Positions 27,443-37,022 of a stretch of DNA of 64,000 bases are shown in pieces (the stretch's first letter is position 1; the number at the start of each line of letters is the position of its first letter). Both the position numbers and the translations under genes were made by a program. Source of the DNA: Escherichia coli (GTDB taxonomy: Bacteria; Pseudomonadota; Gammaproteobacteria; Enterobacterales; Enterobacteriaceae); NCBI RefSeq assembly GCF_003334335.1, contig NZ_QOWQ01000005.1, one strand, 5' to 3'. The notes beneath the pieces are model-generated. The model made no database searches. It saw nothing but the letters and a program-made list of their open reading frames with translations, and had not been told where the DNA came from.

Positions 27443-28461
27443 TGCAGCAGGTTTTTTTCCAGGAGACTGAGTTTCTCAATTCGGTTATTGATTATAATCA
27501 TAAAATAGAAGCAGAAAATCTTTGTCTGGATATTGCTTATGGGACTGACAAAAATTTTCTTTTTGGATGCGGAATATCGATTGCTTCAATATTAAAATAT
27601 AATGAAGGAAATCAATTATGCTTTCATATTTTTACTGATTATTTCGGTGATGACGATCGCAAATATTTTGATGCCCTGGCCAGGCAATATAAAACAAGAA
27701 TTAAGATATATTTAATTAATGGTGATCGACTCCGTTCATTACCCTGCACCAAGAACTGGACTCATGCTATTTATTTTCGTTTTGTTATCGCCGATTACTT
27801 TTTTAATAAAGCACCCAAAGTTCTTTATCTGGATGCAGATATTATTTGTCAGGGAACTATAGAACCACTTATCAATTACACGTTTTCTGAACATACAGTC
27901 GCAATGGTTGTTACAGAAGGACAAAAAGACTGGTGGGCAAAACGTGCTCATTCGTTAGGTGTTGCTGGGATTGCTAATGGTTACTTTAACTCCGGTTTTT
28001 TACTGATTAATACTAATCAATGGACGAATGAGCGGGTTTCTGCACGGGCCATTGCAATGTTAAGTGATCCAGAGATAGTCAAAAAAATAACACATCCTGA
28101 TCAGGATGTATTAAATATGTTATTGGCAGACAAACTTGTTTATGCTGATATTAAATATAACACTCAGTTTAGTTTAAATTATCAACTAAAAGAAAGTTTT
28201 AAAAACCCAGTAACTAACGATACAGTTTTTATTCATTATATTGGTCCAACTAAACCCTGGCATGACTGGGCCTGGGATTATCCAATATCACAAGCTTTTA
28301 TGGCGGCAAAAAATGCTTCACCATGGAAGGATACTGCGTTATTGAAACCGGTTAATAGTAATCAATTAAGATACAGTGCTAAACATATGTTGAAAAAAAA
28401 GCAATATATCAAAGGATTTGGCAACTATCTTTTGTATTTTATAAAAAAGCTAAAGCATTAA
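27442..28461 (+). CDS. waaI: LPS core alpha-1,3-glycosyltransferase (GT8)
   Basis: 339-aa ORF; GT8 motifs YLDADIIC, FNSGFLLIN, DQDVLNMLL; 1-nt overlap with the waaB stop. Confidence 0.75.
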   Translation: MQQVFFQETEFLNSVIDYNHKIEAENLCLDIAYGTDKNFLFGCGISIASILKYNEGNQLCFHIFTDYFGDDDRKYFDALARQYKTRIKIYLINGDRLRSLPCTKNWTHAIYFRFVIADYFFNKAPKVLYLDADIICQGTIEPLINYTFSEHTVAMVVTEGQKDWWAKRAHSLGVAGIANGYFNSGFLLINTNQWTNERVSARAIAMLSDPEIVKKITHPDQDVLNMLLADKLVYADIKYNTQFSLNYQLKESFKNPVTNDTVFIHYIGPTKPWHDWAWDYPISQAFMAAKNASPWKDTALLKPVNSNQLRYSAKHMLKKKQYIKGFGNYLLYFIKKLKH

Positions 28462-28624
28462 TACTGATAATCTATACTCTAAATAATTCGAGTTGCAGGA
28501 CAAAAAGCCAGTGGCGTTTTGAGGAACGCTTGCGTTGGCCCTGAAATGCCGAGTAACTCGCCGATGCAGCACATGCAACTTGAAGTATAACGAGTATATA
28601 AAGTAATGATATAAGGATAGCCTT

Positions 28625-29641
28625 GTGAACTCATTTCCTGCCATAGAGATAGATAAAGTTAAAGCCTGGGATTTTAGGCTTATTGATGAAAATACTGCTG
28701 AAAGTTTAAATGTTGCCTATGGTGTCGATTCCAATTATCTTGATGGTGTAGGTGTTTCCATTACTTCAATTGTCATTAATAATCGACATGTTAATCTTGA
28801 TTTTTATATTATTGCTGATGTTTATAACGACGATTTCTTTCAAAAAGTTGAGAAACTTGCTGAGCAATACCAATTAAGAATCACACTTTATAGAATAAAT
28901 ACTGATAATCTTCAGTGCCTGCCTTGTACACAAGTCTGGTCAAGAGCAATGTACTTCCGTTTATTTGCTTTTCAATTATTGGGAGTAACACTTAATCGTT
29001 TGCTTTATCTTGATGCCGATGTAGTTTGTAAGGGAAATATTAGTCAACTATTGCATTTAGAGTTTAATGGAGCGGTGGCTGCAGTAGTCAGGGATGTAGA
29101 CCCAATGCAGGAAAAGGCGGTAGTCAGATTATCTGATCCTGAACTTCGGGGGCAGTATTTTAATTCTGGTGTCGTTTACTTAGACCTAAAAAAATGGACA
29201 GAAGCAAAACTAACCGAAAAAGCACTGTCTATTCTTATGAGTAAAGATAGTATTTATAAGTATCCTGACCAGGACGTTATGAATGTCCTACTAAAAGGGA
29301 TGACAATATTCCTGCCACGTGAGTTCAATACTATATATACAATAAAAAGTGAGTTAAAAGATAAAACGCATCAAAAATATAAAGAGTTGATAAAAGAGGA
29401 TACTCTTCTTATTCATTATACTGGGGCCACCAAGCCGTGGCACAAATGGGCAATTTATCCATCGGTAAAATACTATAAAATAGCTTTAGAAAGATCCCCC
29501 TGGAAAGATGACTCACCACGAGATGCAAAATCAATTATTGAATTCAAAAAAAGATATAAACATCTGTTAGTGCAACATCATTATATCTCAGGACTCATTG
29601 CAGGAGTGTGTTATCTTTGCCGAAAATATTACCGTAAATAA
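28625..29641 (+). CDS. waaJ: LPS core alpha-1,2-glycosyltransferase (GT8)
   Basis: 338-aa ORF from GTG start with AAGGA RBS; GT8 motifs YLDADVVC, FNSGVVYLD, DQDVMNVLL. Confidence 0.75.
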   Translation: MNSFPAIEIDKVKAWDFRLIDENTAESLNVAYGVDSNYLDGVGVSITSIVINNRHVNLDFYIIADVYNDDFFQKVEKLAEQYQLRITLYRINTDNLQCLPCTQVWSRAMYFRLFAFQLLGVTLNRLLYLDADVVCKGNISQLLHLEFNGAVAAVVRDVDPMQEKAVVRLSDPELRGQYFNSGVVYLDLKKWTEAKLTEKALSILMSKDSIYKYPDQDVMNVLLKGMTIFLPREFNTIYTIKSELKDKTHQKYKELIKEDTLLIHYTGATKPWHKWAIYPSVKYYKIALERSPWKDDSPRDAKSIIEFKKRYKHLLVQHHYISGLIAGVCYLCRKYYRK

Positions 29642-29658
29642 CATTTAACTGGTTTAAC

Positions 29659-30357
29659 ATGATTCAGAAGAATAAAATCAAAGATTTAGTTGTTTTTACC
29701 GATGAAAATAACTCAAAGTATCTCAATGTATTAAATGACTTTCTTTCTTATGATATTAATATCATCAAAGTTTTTCGTTCTATAGATGATACAAAAGTCA
29801 TGCTTATTGATACCGATTACGGTAAATTGATACTTAAAGTTTTTTCGCCTAAAGTAAAACGCAACGAACGTTTCTTTAAATCTCTTTTAAAGGGAGATTA
29901 TTATGAACGCCTTTTTGAGCATACTCAAAAAGTGCGTAACGAGGGGCTACATTCTCTCAATGATTTTTATTTGTTGGCAGAACGGAAAACATTACGTTTT
30001 GTCCATACTTATATCATGCTTATCGAATATATCGATGGCGTAGAGTTGTGTGATATCCCCGATATTGATGAAACTTTAAAAAATAAAATTCAACAATCAA
30101 TTCGTTCATTACACGAACACGGTATGGTATCTGGTGATCCTCACCGCGGTAATTTTATTATTGAAAATGGTGAAGTACGCATTATTGATCTTTCAGGAAA
30201 ACGGGCATCTGCACAACGTAAAGCGAAAGATCGTATTGATTTAGAGCGACATTATGGTATTAAGAATGAGGTTAAAGATCTCGGTTATTATCTTTTAGTT
30301 TATCGTAAAAAAATACGTAATCTTATGCGGCGTTTGAAAGGGAAGCCAGCACGATAA
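29659..30357 (+). CDS. waaY: LPS core heptose(II) kinase
   Basis: 232-aa ORF; small kinase-like protein at the position WaaY occupies in this cluster. Confidence 0.75.
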   Translation: MIQKNKIKDLVVFTDENNSKYLNVLNDFLSYDINIIKVFRSIDDTKVMLIDTDYGKLILKVFSPKVKRNERFFKSLLKGDYYERLFEHTQKVRNEGLHSLNDFYLLAERKTLRFVHTYIMLIEYIDGVELCDIPDIDETLKNKIQQSIRSLHEHGMVSGDPHRGNFIIENGEVRIIDLSGKRASAQRKAKDRIDLERHYGIKNEVKDLGYYLLVYRKKIRNLMRRLKGKPAR

Positions 30358-30428
30358 AGTAAAAGTCTTACATTTAAACGTCTTCGTCAGGACATTTCTA
30401 TGCGGAGTTCTTATTTCACAGGTTTATC

Positions 30429-31238
30429 ATGAAGAATATTAGATACATTGACAAAAAAGATGTTGAAAACCTGATAGAAAGTAAAACGTCTGATGATGTT
30501 ATTATTTTTCTTTCCGGCCCCGCATCGCAAAAAACACCATTGTCAGTGCTGCAGACAAGGGATGTTATTGCTGTCAATGGTTCTGCACAATATCTATTAA
30601 GTCATAATATTATTCCCTATATTTATGTACTTACCGATGTTCGCTTTTTACATCAACGGCGTGATGATTTTTATAAATTTAGCCAGAGAAGTCGTTATAC
30701 CATCGTAAATGTTGACGTTTATGAACATGCTTCTGAAGAAGATAAGCGGTACATCCTTCAAAACTGCCTGGTACTACGTTCATTTTACCGCAGAGAAAAA
30801 GGTGGATTGATCAAGAAGATCAAGTTTAATATTTTGAGCCGAATTCATAAAGAGCTCCTGATCTCTGTACCTTTTTCTAAAAAAGGTCGTCTGGTTGGCT
30901 TTTGCAAGGATATTAACCTCGGTTATTGTTCATGCCATACCGTTGCTTTTGCTGCAATCCAAATAGCCTATTCGCTGAAGTATGCTCGTATTATCTGTTC
31001 AGGCCTTGATTTAACGGGTAGCTGTTCGCGTTTCTATGATGAAGATAAGAATCCTATGCCCTCAGAGTTGACTCGGGATTTATTCAAAATTTTACCATTT
31101 TTCCGTTTTATGCGTGAAAATATAGAAGATATCAATATTTATAATTTATCCGACGATACTGCAATTCAATATGATATTATTCCCTATATGAAAATATCCG
31201 AAATTGAAGAGCCGTGTGTTTATGAAAAAATAAGCTAA
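30429..31238 (+). CDS. waaZ: LPS core biosynthesis protein WaaZ (KdoIII-associated)
   Basis: 269-aa ORF at the WaaZ position in the WaaY-WaaZ-WaaK order; assignment by position and size. Confidence 0.65.
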   Translation: MKNIRYIDKKDVENLIESKTSDDVIIFLSGPASQKTPLSVLQTRDVIAVNGSAQYLLSHNIIPYIYVLTDVRFLHQRRDDFYKFSQRSRYTIVNVDVYEHASEEDKRYILQNCLVLRSFYRREKGGLIKKIKFNILSRIHKELLISVPFSKKGRLVGFCKDINLGYCSCHTVAFAAIQIAYSLKYARIICSGLDLTGSCSRFYDEDKNPMPSELTRDLFKILPFFRFMRENIEDINIYNLSDDTAIQYDIIPYMKISEIEEPCVYEKIS

Positions 31239-31290
31239 TATTTTATATGTGTTTATTACGTGTTATAAATTATATTGGAGTTGGCTAATA

Positions 31291-32433
31291 ATGATTAAAA
31301 AAATAATATTTACCGTCACACCAATATTTTCTATACCGCCAAAAGGAGCTGCAGCGGTTGAAACATGGATTTATCAGGTCGCAAAAAGACTTTCGATTCC
31401 AGTAACTATCGCCTGTATTCGAAACGAAGGTTACCCAACCTACACAAAAGTAAATGATCACTGTGATATTCACTACATTGGTTTTAGTCGAGTCTATAAA
31501 CGACTTTTCCAAAAGTGGACTCGACTTGATCCTGTGCCATATTCTCAGCGTATTTTAAATACCCAACCTAAAAACACTGATCCGAAAGACTCTGTTATTG
31601 TTATCCACAATAGCATGAAGCTGTATAAACAGATTCGTAGCAGAAGCCCTCACGCGCAGCTAGTTATGCATCTTCATAATGCTTTCGAGCCAGGTGAGTT
31701 AGACAAAAATGCAAAGATAATTGTTCCTAGCCAGTTTCTTTTCGATTTCTATTCGGAAAAAATGCCTGATGCAAATATTGCTATTGTGCCTAATGGTTTT
31801 TGTTCTGAATCGTATGAACAAAATAATACTGAAGATTTGAGGCAGAAACTGAACATTGATGCAAATGATACCGTGTTATTATTTGCAGGAAGGATATCAC
31901 CAGATAAAGGTTGCCTGATGCTTATGGAGGCTTTTAATCAGCTGAATAAGATACAAGATAACCTCAAACTGGTGATTGTCGGAGATCCTTTTGCCAGTAA
32001 AAAAGGCGAAAAAGCTGAATATCAGAAAAAAGTTCTGGATGCAGCGAAAGCTATTGGAGCGCAATGCATTATGGCGGGTGGACAGCCTCCAGAGCAGATG
32101 CATAACTATTACCGTTTAGCAGATTTAGTTGTTGTTCCTTCTCAGGTAGAAGAAGCTTTTTGTATGGTAGCTGTTGAAGCGATGGCGGCAGGTAAACCAG
32201 TGCTTGCCAGTCAAAAAGGTGGAATTAGTGAGTTTGTTCTGGAAGGAATTACAGGCTATCACCTTGCAGAGCCTATGACATCTGAAAGTATTCTCGCGGA
32301 TATTAAGCGCGTTTTGGCGGATGCTGACAGAGCTCAAATTGCTAAAAATGCCCGAAATTTTGTTTTCTCAAAATATAGCTGGGAACATGTTACTCAGCGT
32401 TTTGAAGCACAAATACAAGACTGGTTTGGTTAA
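31291..32433 (+). CDS. waaK: LPS core GlcNAc transferase-like glycosyltransferase (GT4), Salmonella/R2-type
   Basis: ORF 31249..32433 trimmed to ATG 31291 (GGAG RBS at 31277-31280), 380 aa; GT4 fold; size fits WaaK rather than the K-12 WaaU length I recall. Confidence 0.65.
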   Translation: MIKKIIFTVTPIFSIPPKGAAAVETWIYQVAKRLSIPVTIACIRNEGYPTYTKVNDHCDIHYIGFSRVYKRLFQKWTRLDPVPYSQRILNTQPKNTDPKDSVIVIHNSMKLYKQIRSRSPHAQLVMHLHNAFEPGELDKNAKIIVPSQFLFDFYSEKMPDANIAIVPNGFCSESYEQNNTEDLRQKLNIDANDTVLLFAGRISPDKGCLMLMEAFNQLNKIQDNLKLVIVGDPFASKKGEKAEYQKKVLDAAKAIGAQCIMAGGQPPEQMHNYYRLADLVVVPSQVEEAFCMVAVEAMAAGKPVLASQKGGISEFVLEGITGYHLAEPMTSESILADIKRVLADADRAQIAKNARNFVFSKYSWEHVTQRFEAQIQDWFG

Positions 32434-32452
32434 AAATTATTGGATTTGAAGA

Positions 32453-32488
32453 GCCTGCCTGAACTTAATGTCAGGCAGGCTTTTTTTT
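32453..32488. terminator. Bidirectional terminator between convergent waaK and waaL
   Basis: Perfect 10-bp stem gcctgcctga / tcaggcaggc with 8-nt loop and T8 run; the waaL stop codon lies within the T-run. Confidence 0.7.
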
Positions 32489-33704
32489 ATTTATTCCGCA
32501 TTGCTAACAGTAAACCAACAATCAAGCCAATTGGTTTGAGATCAACTTCCTCGAAGTTACCTCGAATAATATAAAAGCTTACAAGCGTTAAAAATAGTAG
32601 TAATTGACCATTATAAGGAGTGACGACAACTGTTTTAAACGTTGCATTAGCTGTCTCTTTGATAATAGAGCCATACAGATAAAGTAAAGCGAGTAGTCCA
32701 GCCAAACCCGCTGCAAACCAAATTGACAAAACAACGTTGTGTGGCCCAATGGATTGCCTGAACTTCCATGACGGAAAATCTACAACACGCTTATTATATA
32801 TTGCATGGTAAATATCATCGCCGTAGCCATATCCCTTAAGAGGATTTTCCATAATTAATGTCCACGCCGTACCTTGAGTACCATTGGTATAGCGATAAGA
32901 ACTGTCGGTCTGTTGAAGTTTATAAATAAGCCTGTCTTTACCAGCATGATCACCTTTATAGGTAAATACACCCACTGCGGCAACAGAAATAACGATGGAA
33001 GTCAGCATCAATAATTTCCACTGACGATTTAAGATTAACCATAGCAGAGTCACTATGAATACTGCCAGCCATGCACCACGAGACAGCGTTCCTAATAGCA
33101 GAAATAAGAAAACTGCACTAAAAATTACGAATGCTATTTTATAAGAGGTTTTCTTGATAAGCCAAAGGTTTAATAATGCTGGAAACAGAAACACCATTGA
33201 ATCGGAAATACTACGGTGTTCATAGGTGGAAAATGGCATTATTCCTTTATTATAATCCTGAATATAAAGAATAAGTTCAACAAGACAACGTAAGCCAAGT
33301 CCGGTAACTAATGAGTATAGTACAATTTTACCAATGCTTTCATTATCTTCATCTTTTAATAATGCAGGTATAAGTAAACTATAGGCCAAAAATCCTTTAA
33401 GTACCGTATTACTGAATTCTTTAAAACTGATTTTCAGATCAGGTGATATAAAAGTAGCATATAAAAGAATGAGTGATAGTGCCAGGACACTATAAAAAAG
33501 ATTATTTTTATAGAGTACTTTAAATGTTCCCGGAGCACGAGAAACTTGATAGATTACCGTAATAATCATTAGTATAGATATGATGTGTTTATAACGGGTT
33601 ATACCATCAAGGAAAAAGGTTGCAATAAAGAGGAATACCAACGCTTTATTCCAGTACGGTTTCCACTTTTCTTTATTACGTAGCGCCAGCGAGGCTGTTA
33701 ACAT
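32487..33704 (-). CDS. waaL: O-antigen ligase
   Basis: 405-aa polytopic membrane ORF MLTASLALRNKEKWKPYWNKALVFLF...; N-terminus resembles the Salmonella/R2-type WaaL I recall, not the K-12 WaaL. Confidence 0.85.
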   Translation of the reverse strand: MLTASLALRNKEKWKPYWNKALVFLFIATFFLDGITRYKHIISILMIITVIYQVSRAPGTFKVLYKNNLFYSVLALSLILLYATFISPDLKISFKEFSNTVLKGFLAYSLLIPALLKDEDNESIGKIVLYSLVTGLGLRCLVELILYIQDYNKGIMPFSTYEHRSISDSMVFLFPALLNLWLIKKTSYKIAFVIFSAVFLFLLLGTLSRGAWLAVFIVTLLWLILNRQWKLLMLTSIVISVAAVGVFTYKGDHAGKDRLIYKLQQTDSSYRYTNGTQGTAWTLIMENPLKGYGYGDDIYHAIYNKRVVDFPSWKFRQSIGPHNVVLSIWFAAGLAGLLALLYLYGSIIKETANATFKTVVVTPYNGQLLLFLTLVSFYIIRGNFEEVDLKPIGLIVGLLLAMRNK

Positions 33705-33742
33705 TGCTTCTCCACCATCTTAAATAATATATAACGTATTAA

Positions 33743-34699
33743 TCAGGAATTGATTTTATTAAATACCGTTTCTGCAGTCAGATGAGCAAGATCTTTATCT
33801 GGTGCCCTACAAACCACCTGATTCTTCCCATATCCGCCAATTAATCCCGGATCGGTTGGTCCATAAACCGTGATATTCGGTCGATCCAGTGCTGCAGTTA
33901 AATGACTTAACCCAGTGTCTACCGATACCACGAATTTCGCTCCGGCCAGCACACGGGCAACACCTTCCAGACTCATCTTCGGCAATACTTCAACATAAGC
34001 AAATCCTTCCGCCAGTCGTTTCGCCCGTTTTTCCTCATGCGGCGCACCCCACGGAAGTTTAATGCGAATCCCTGAATCTGCCAGTAAACCAATCAATTCT
34101 CGCCAGTGTTCTTCCGGCCAGTGTTTATCATCACGGGTCGTCGCATGAAGAAATACGGCATATTCGCCAGCATCTGTAGGCAGGTTCGTCAGAAAATGCT
34201 GTGCGATAGCATAATCGCCCTGGGTTTGCGGTTTGCTATAGCCCAGACTTTTGGCAAAAAGTTCGCGGATGCGTTCTACGGCGTGCTGCTGTTTTGCAAT
34301 ATGATGTTTACGATTGTAAAACAGGCTGGCTAAAGGTTCGCGAGCGGTTTGCCAGTCCATTCCATGCTTTACGCCATGCGCCAGACGCGTCACCAGCGCC
34401 GCGCTTTTTACCAGCCCCTGAGCATCGATAACTGCGTCATAGTTCTCTGCTTGTAGCGCTTCACGAAACGCTTTGCGTTCAGCTTTTATGGGGGCCGAGA
34501 ACCAGGCTTTACGCCAGCGACGTATTGCCACAGGAATAACTCGCTCAACGGCGGCGTGCCAGGAAGGAATCTGTGCGAACCCTTCTTCCACCACCCAGTC
34601 AAACTTAATCCCTGGGATTGCCTGCTGGGCATCAGTGAGTGCGGGCAACGTATGGAGAACATCGCCCATCGACGATGTTTTAACGATCAAAACCCGCAT
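33743..34699 (-). CDS. waaC: LPS heptosyltransferase I (GT9)
   Basis: 318-aa ORF MRVLIVKTSSMGDVLHTLPALTDA. Confidence 0.9.
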   Translation of the reverse strand: MRVLIVKTSSMGDVLHTLPALTDAQQAIPGIKFDWVVEEGFAQIPSWHAAVERVIPVAIRRWRKAWFSAPIKAERKAFREALQAENYDAVIDAQGLVKSAALVTRLAHGVKHGMDWQTAREPLASLFYNRKHHIAKQQHAVERIRELFAKSLGYSKPQTQGDYAIAQHFLTNLPTDAGEYAVFLHATTRDDKHWPEEHWRELIGLLADSGIRIKLPWGAPHEEKRAKRLAEGFAYVEVLPKMSLEGVARVLAGAKFVVSVDTGLSHLTAALDRPNITVYGPTDPGLIGGYGKNQVVCRAPDKDLAHLTAETVFNKINS

Positions 34700-34702
34700 C
34701 CG

Positions 34703-35749
34703 TCAGGCTTCCTCTTGTAACAATAGAGAGTTGAGTTCTTCCAGCACGCGCTGGGGAGTAATGTCGATCAAGCTCTGGTGATAACCTTCTGCGGCGTCGC
34801 CTTTGCGTACTTTGTGATAGCCGGTAATCAGGCGGATCACGCGCGCTTTATGGGATAGCGGCGGTGTGAAGTCCGGGCTACTCGGACCATACAGGGCAAC
34901 CAGCGGACGATTGAGCGCCGCCGCAACGTGCATCAGGCCAGAATCGTTAGTGACAATGGCTTTACAGGCTGCAATCAGGATAACCGCTTGATCAAGCTGT
35001 GTTTCCCCCGCCAGGTTCCGGCACCATGCCTGCTGCTCGGTATTTAAAGCGGCAAGAATCTCATTGCCCGCTTCATGATCTTTCGCCGAGCCAAACAGAA
35101 CCACTTGATAACCTTCATCAATCAGTTGCTTTGCCAGTTCCGCATAGTGGTAGTGTGGCCAGCGTTTTGCCGGACCAAACTCCGCACCCGGGCAAAAACC
35201 AATCATTGGACGTTCTGATGAAAGCGAAAATTGATTACAGGTATATGATTTTTCACCTTCGCTCACCTGCAACTGCGGCCATAACAATGGCTGCGGCAGA
35301 TCTTGTGCGGTACGCATAATACCTTTGTCATAGGCCAGCGCCACATAGCGTTCCACCATCAGCGGCCAGGCTTCTTTATCCAGCACACGCACATCGTTGA
35401 GTAAACCGTAGCGCATTTCGCCGCGCCAGCCGGTGCGATGAGGAATACCCGCGAAGAAAGGCACTAATGCGGATTTGAAGGAGTTGGGTAAAACGTAGGC
35501 GCGGTCGTAACGTTTTTCGCGCAGGCTATGACCCAGCTTGCGGCGTTCGCCAATTTCCAGCGCCCCGTGACCAAGCGGCATAGGAATGGCTTCGTTAACT
35601 TCCGGCATCCGCGATAATAATGGACGGCACCATGCCGGTGCCATCACGTCGATTATCGCCTGGGGATAGCGCGCCTGGAGCGTGCGATAGAGACTTTGCG
35701 ACATCATCATGTCGCCAACCCATGACGGGCCGATCACCAATATTTTCAT
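34703..35749 (-). CDS. waaF: LPS heptosyltransferase II (GT9)
   Basis: 348-aa ORF MKILVIGPSWVGDMMMSQSLYRTL. Confidence 0.9.
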   Translation of the reverse strand: MKILVIGPSWVGDMMMSQSLYRTLQARYPQAIIDVMAPAWCRPLLSRMPEVNEAIPMPLGHGALEIGERRKLGHSLREKRYDRAYVLPNSFKSALVPFFAGIPHRTGWRGEMRYGLLNDVRVLDKEAWPLMVERYVALAYDKGIMRTAQDLPQPLLWPQLQVSEGEKSYTCNQFSLSSERPMIGFCPGAEFGPAKRWPHYHYAELAKQLIDEGYQVVLFGSAKDHEAGNEILAALNTEQQAWCRNLAGETQLDQAVILIAACKAIVTNDSGLMHVAAALNRPLVALYGPSSPDFTPPLSHKARVIRLITGYHKVRKGDAAEGYHQSLIDITPQRVLEELNSLLLQEEA

Positions 35750-35828
35750 TCACTTCATCCTTCAAGCTGTCTCTGCGGCGGCTGCCTGCGTTCACTCCGG
35801 TCACTTACTTTTGTAAGCTCCCGGAGAT

Positions 35829-36809
35829 TCACTTAGTTGCTGCCTTGATACTGCTCGAATGATTTTGTGAATTTACGTTGATGTCGCGATTCAGCCAGGC
35901 CATGTATTCCGTTACGCCTTCGGCAACGGTTTTGAACGGTTTGTCATAACCCGCCGCGCGCAGATTCGTCAGATCTGCCTGCGTGAATGCCTGATAGCGG
36001 CCTTTCAGTTTATCCGGGAACGGAATGTATTCGATCTGGCCTTTCTTGTGATAAGCAAGCGTTGCATCGGCTACCGCCTGGAAGGATTCCGCACGACCAG
36101 TACCGAGGTTGAAGATGCCGGAAACGCCATTTTCCAGGAACCACAGGTTTACATCTGCCACGTCGCCAACATAGACGAAGTCGCGTTTAAAGTTCTCGCT
36201 ACCTTCGAACAGTTTCGGTGATTCACCGTTATTAAGCTGGGTGTTGAGATGGAAAGCGACGCTCGCCATGCTGCCTTTATGGCCTTCACGCGGTCCATAA
36301 ACGTTGAAATAACGGAAGCCAACAATCTGTGAGTTTGCTTCCGGCAGAATTTGACGAACATATTCATCAAACAGGAATTTCGAGTAACCGTAGACGTTCA
36401 ACGGTTTTTCGTACTCGCGGGATTCAATAAAGTCGGAAGTGCGACCGCCGTAAGTGGCTGCGGATGAAGCGTACAGGAACGGGATTTCACGCTCCAGGCA
36501 GTAGTGCAGCAGCTCCTTGGAGTATTGATAGTTGTTATCCATCATATACTTGCCGTCCCACTCGGTGGTGGAAGAGCACGCGCCTTCGTGGAAAATCGCT
36601 TCGACATCGCCGAACTCTTCGCCAGCCATAATCTGGATCAGGAAGTCTTCCTTATCCATATAGTCTGCGATATTCAGGTCCACCAGGTTCACAAACTTGG
36701 TGCCGTCTTTCAGGTTGTCCACCACCAGAATATCGGTGATGCCTTTGTCATTCAGGGCTTTAACGATGTTGCTGCCGATAAAGCCCGCGCCGCCGGTAAC
36801 GATGATCAT
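35829..36809 (-). CDS. hldD: ADP-L-glycero-D-manno-heptose 6-epimerase, with a 16-residue C-terminal extension
   Basis: 326-aa [22 protein letters not shown] (Rossmann); ends ...[23 protein letters not shown] where I recall the canonical protein ending ...AWLNRDA (310 aa). Confidence 0.85.
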
Positions 36810-37022
36810 AACTGTAACCTTCGAATTGTGGAGTCAGAGACAATCTCAGACACGAATACTTCTATCATATCACTACACGGCGCTGGCTACAGCCATTCAC
36901 CGAAAGTGGTATGCCTGAGCGTGATTTATGCTTATTTTTTGACAAGTACAAATGCTTCATCTCGTATCAACCTATGGCTTTCGGTAATATGTGCTGAAAT
37001 TTGCCCAGTCTGGAGAATCGCG

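Noticed and set aside
28450-28644. 64-aa minus-strand ORF spanning the spacer between the second and third GT8 genes
   Set aside because: It has no RBS or recognisable fold and overlaps both flanking gene ends. The spacer is reported as a finding, but this ORF is probably spurious.
36504-37022. 5' part of the 571-aa ORF 36504..38219 on the plus strand
   Set aside because: This stretch is antisense to the hldD 5' end and its promoter region and has no recognisable protein signature. The kbl N-terminus is recognisable at ATG 37023, so the upstream part is an open-frame artefact.
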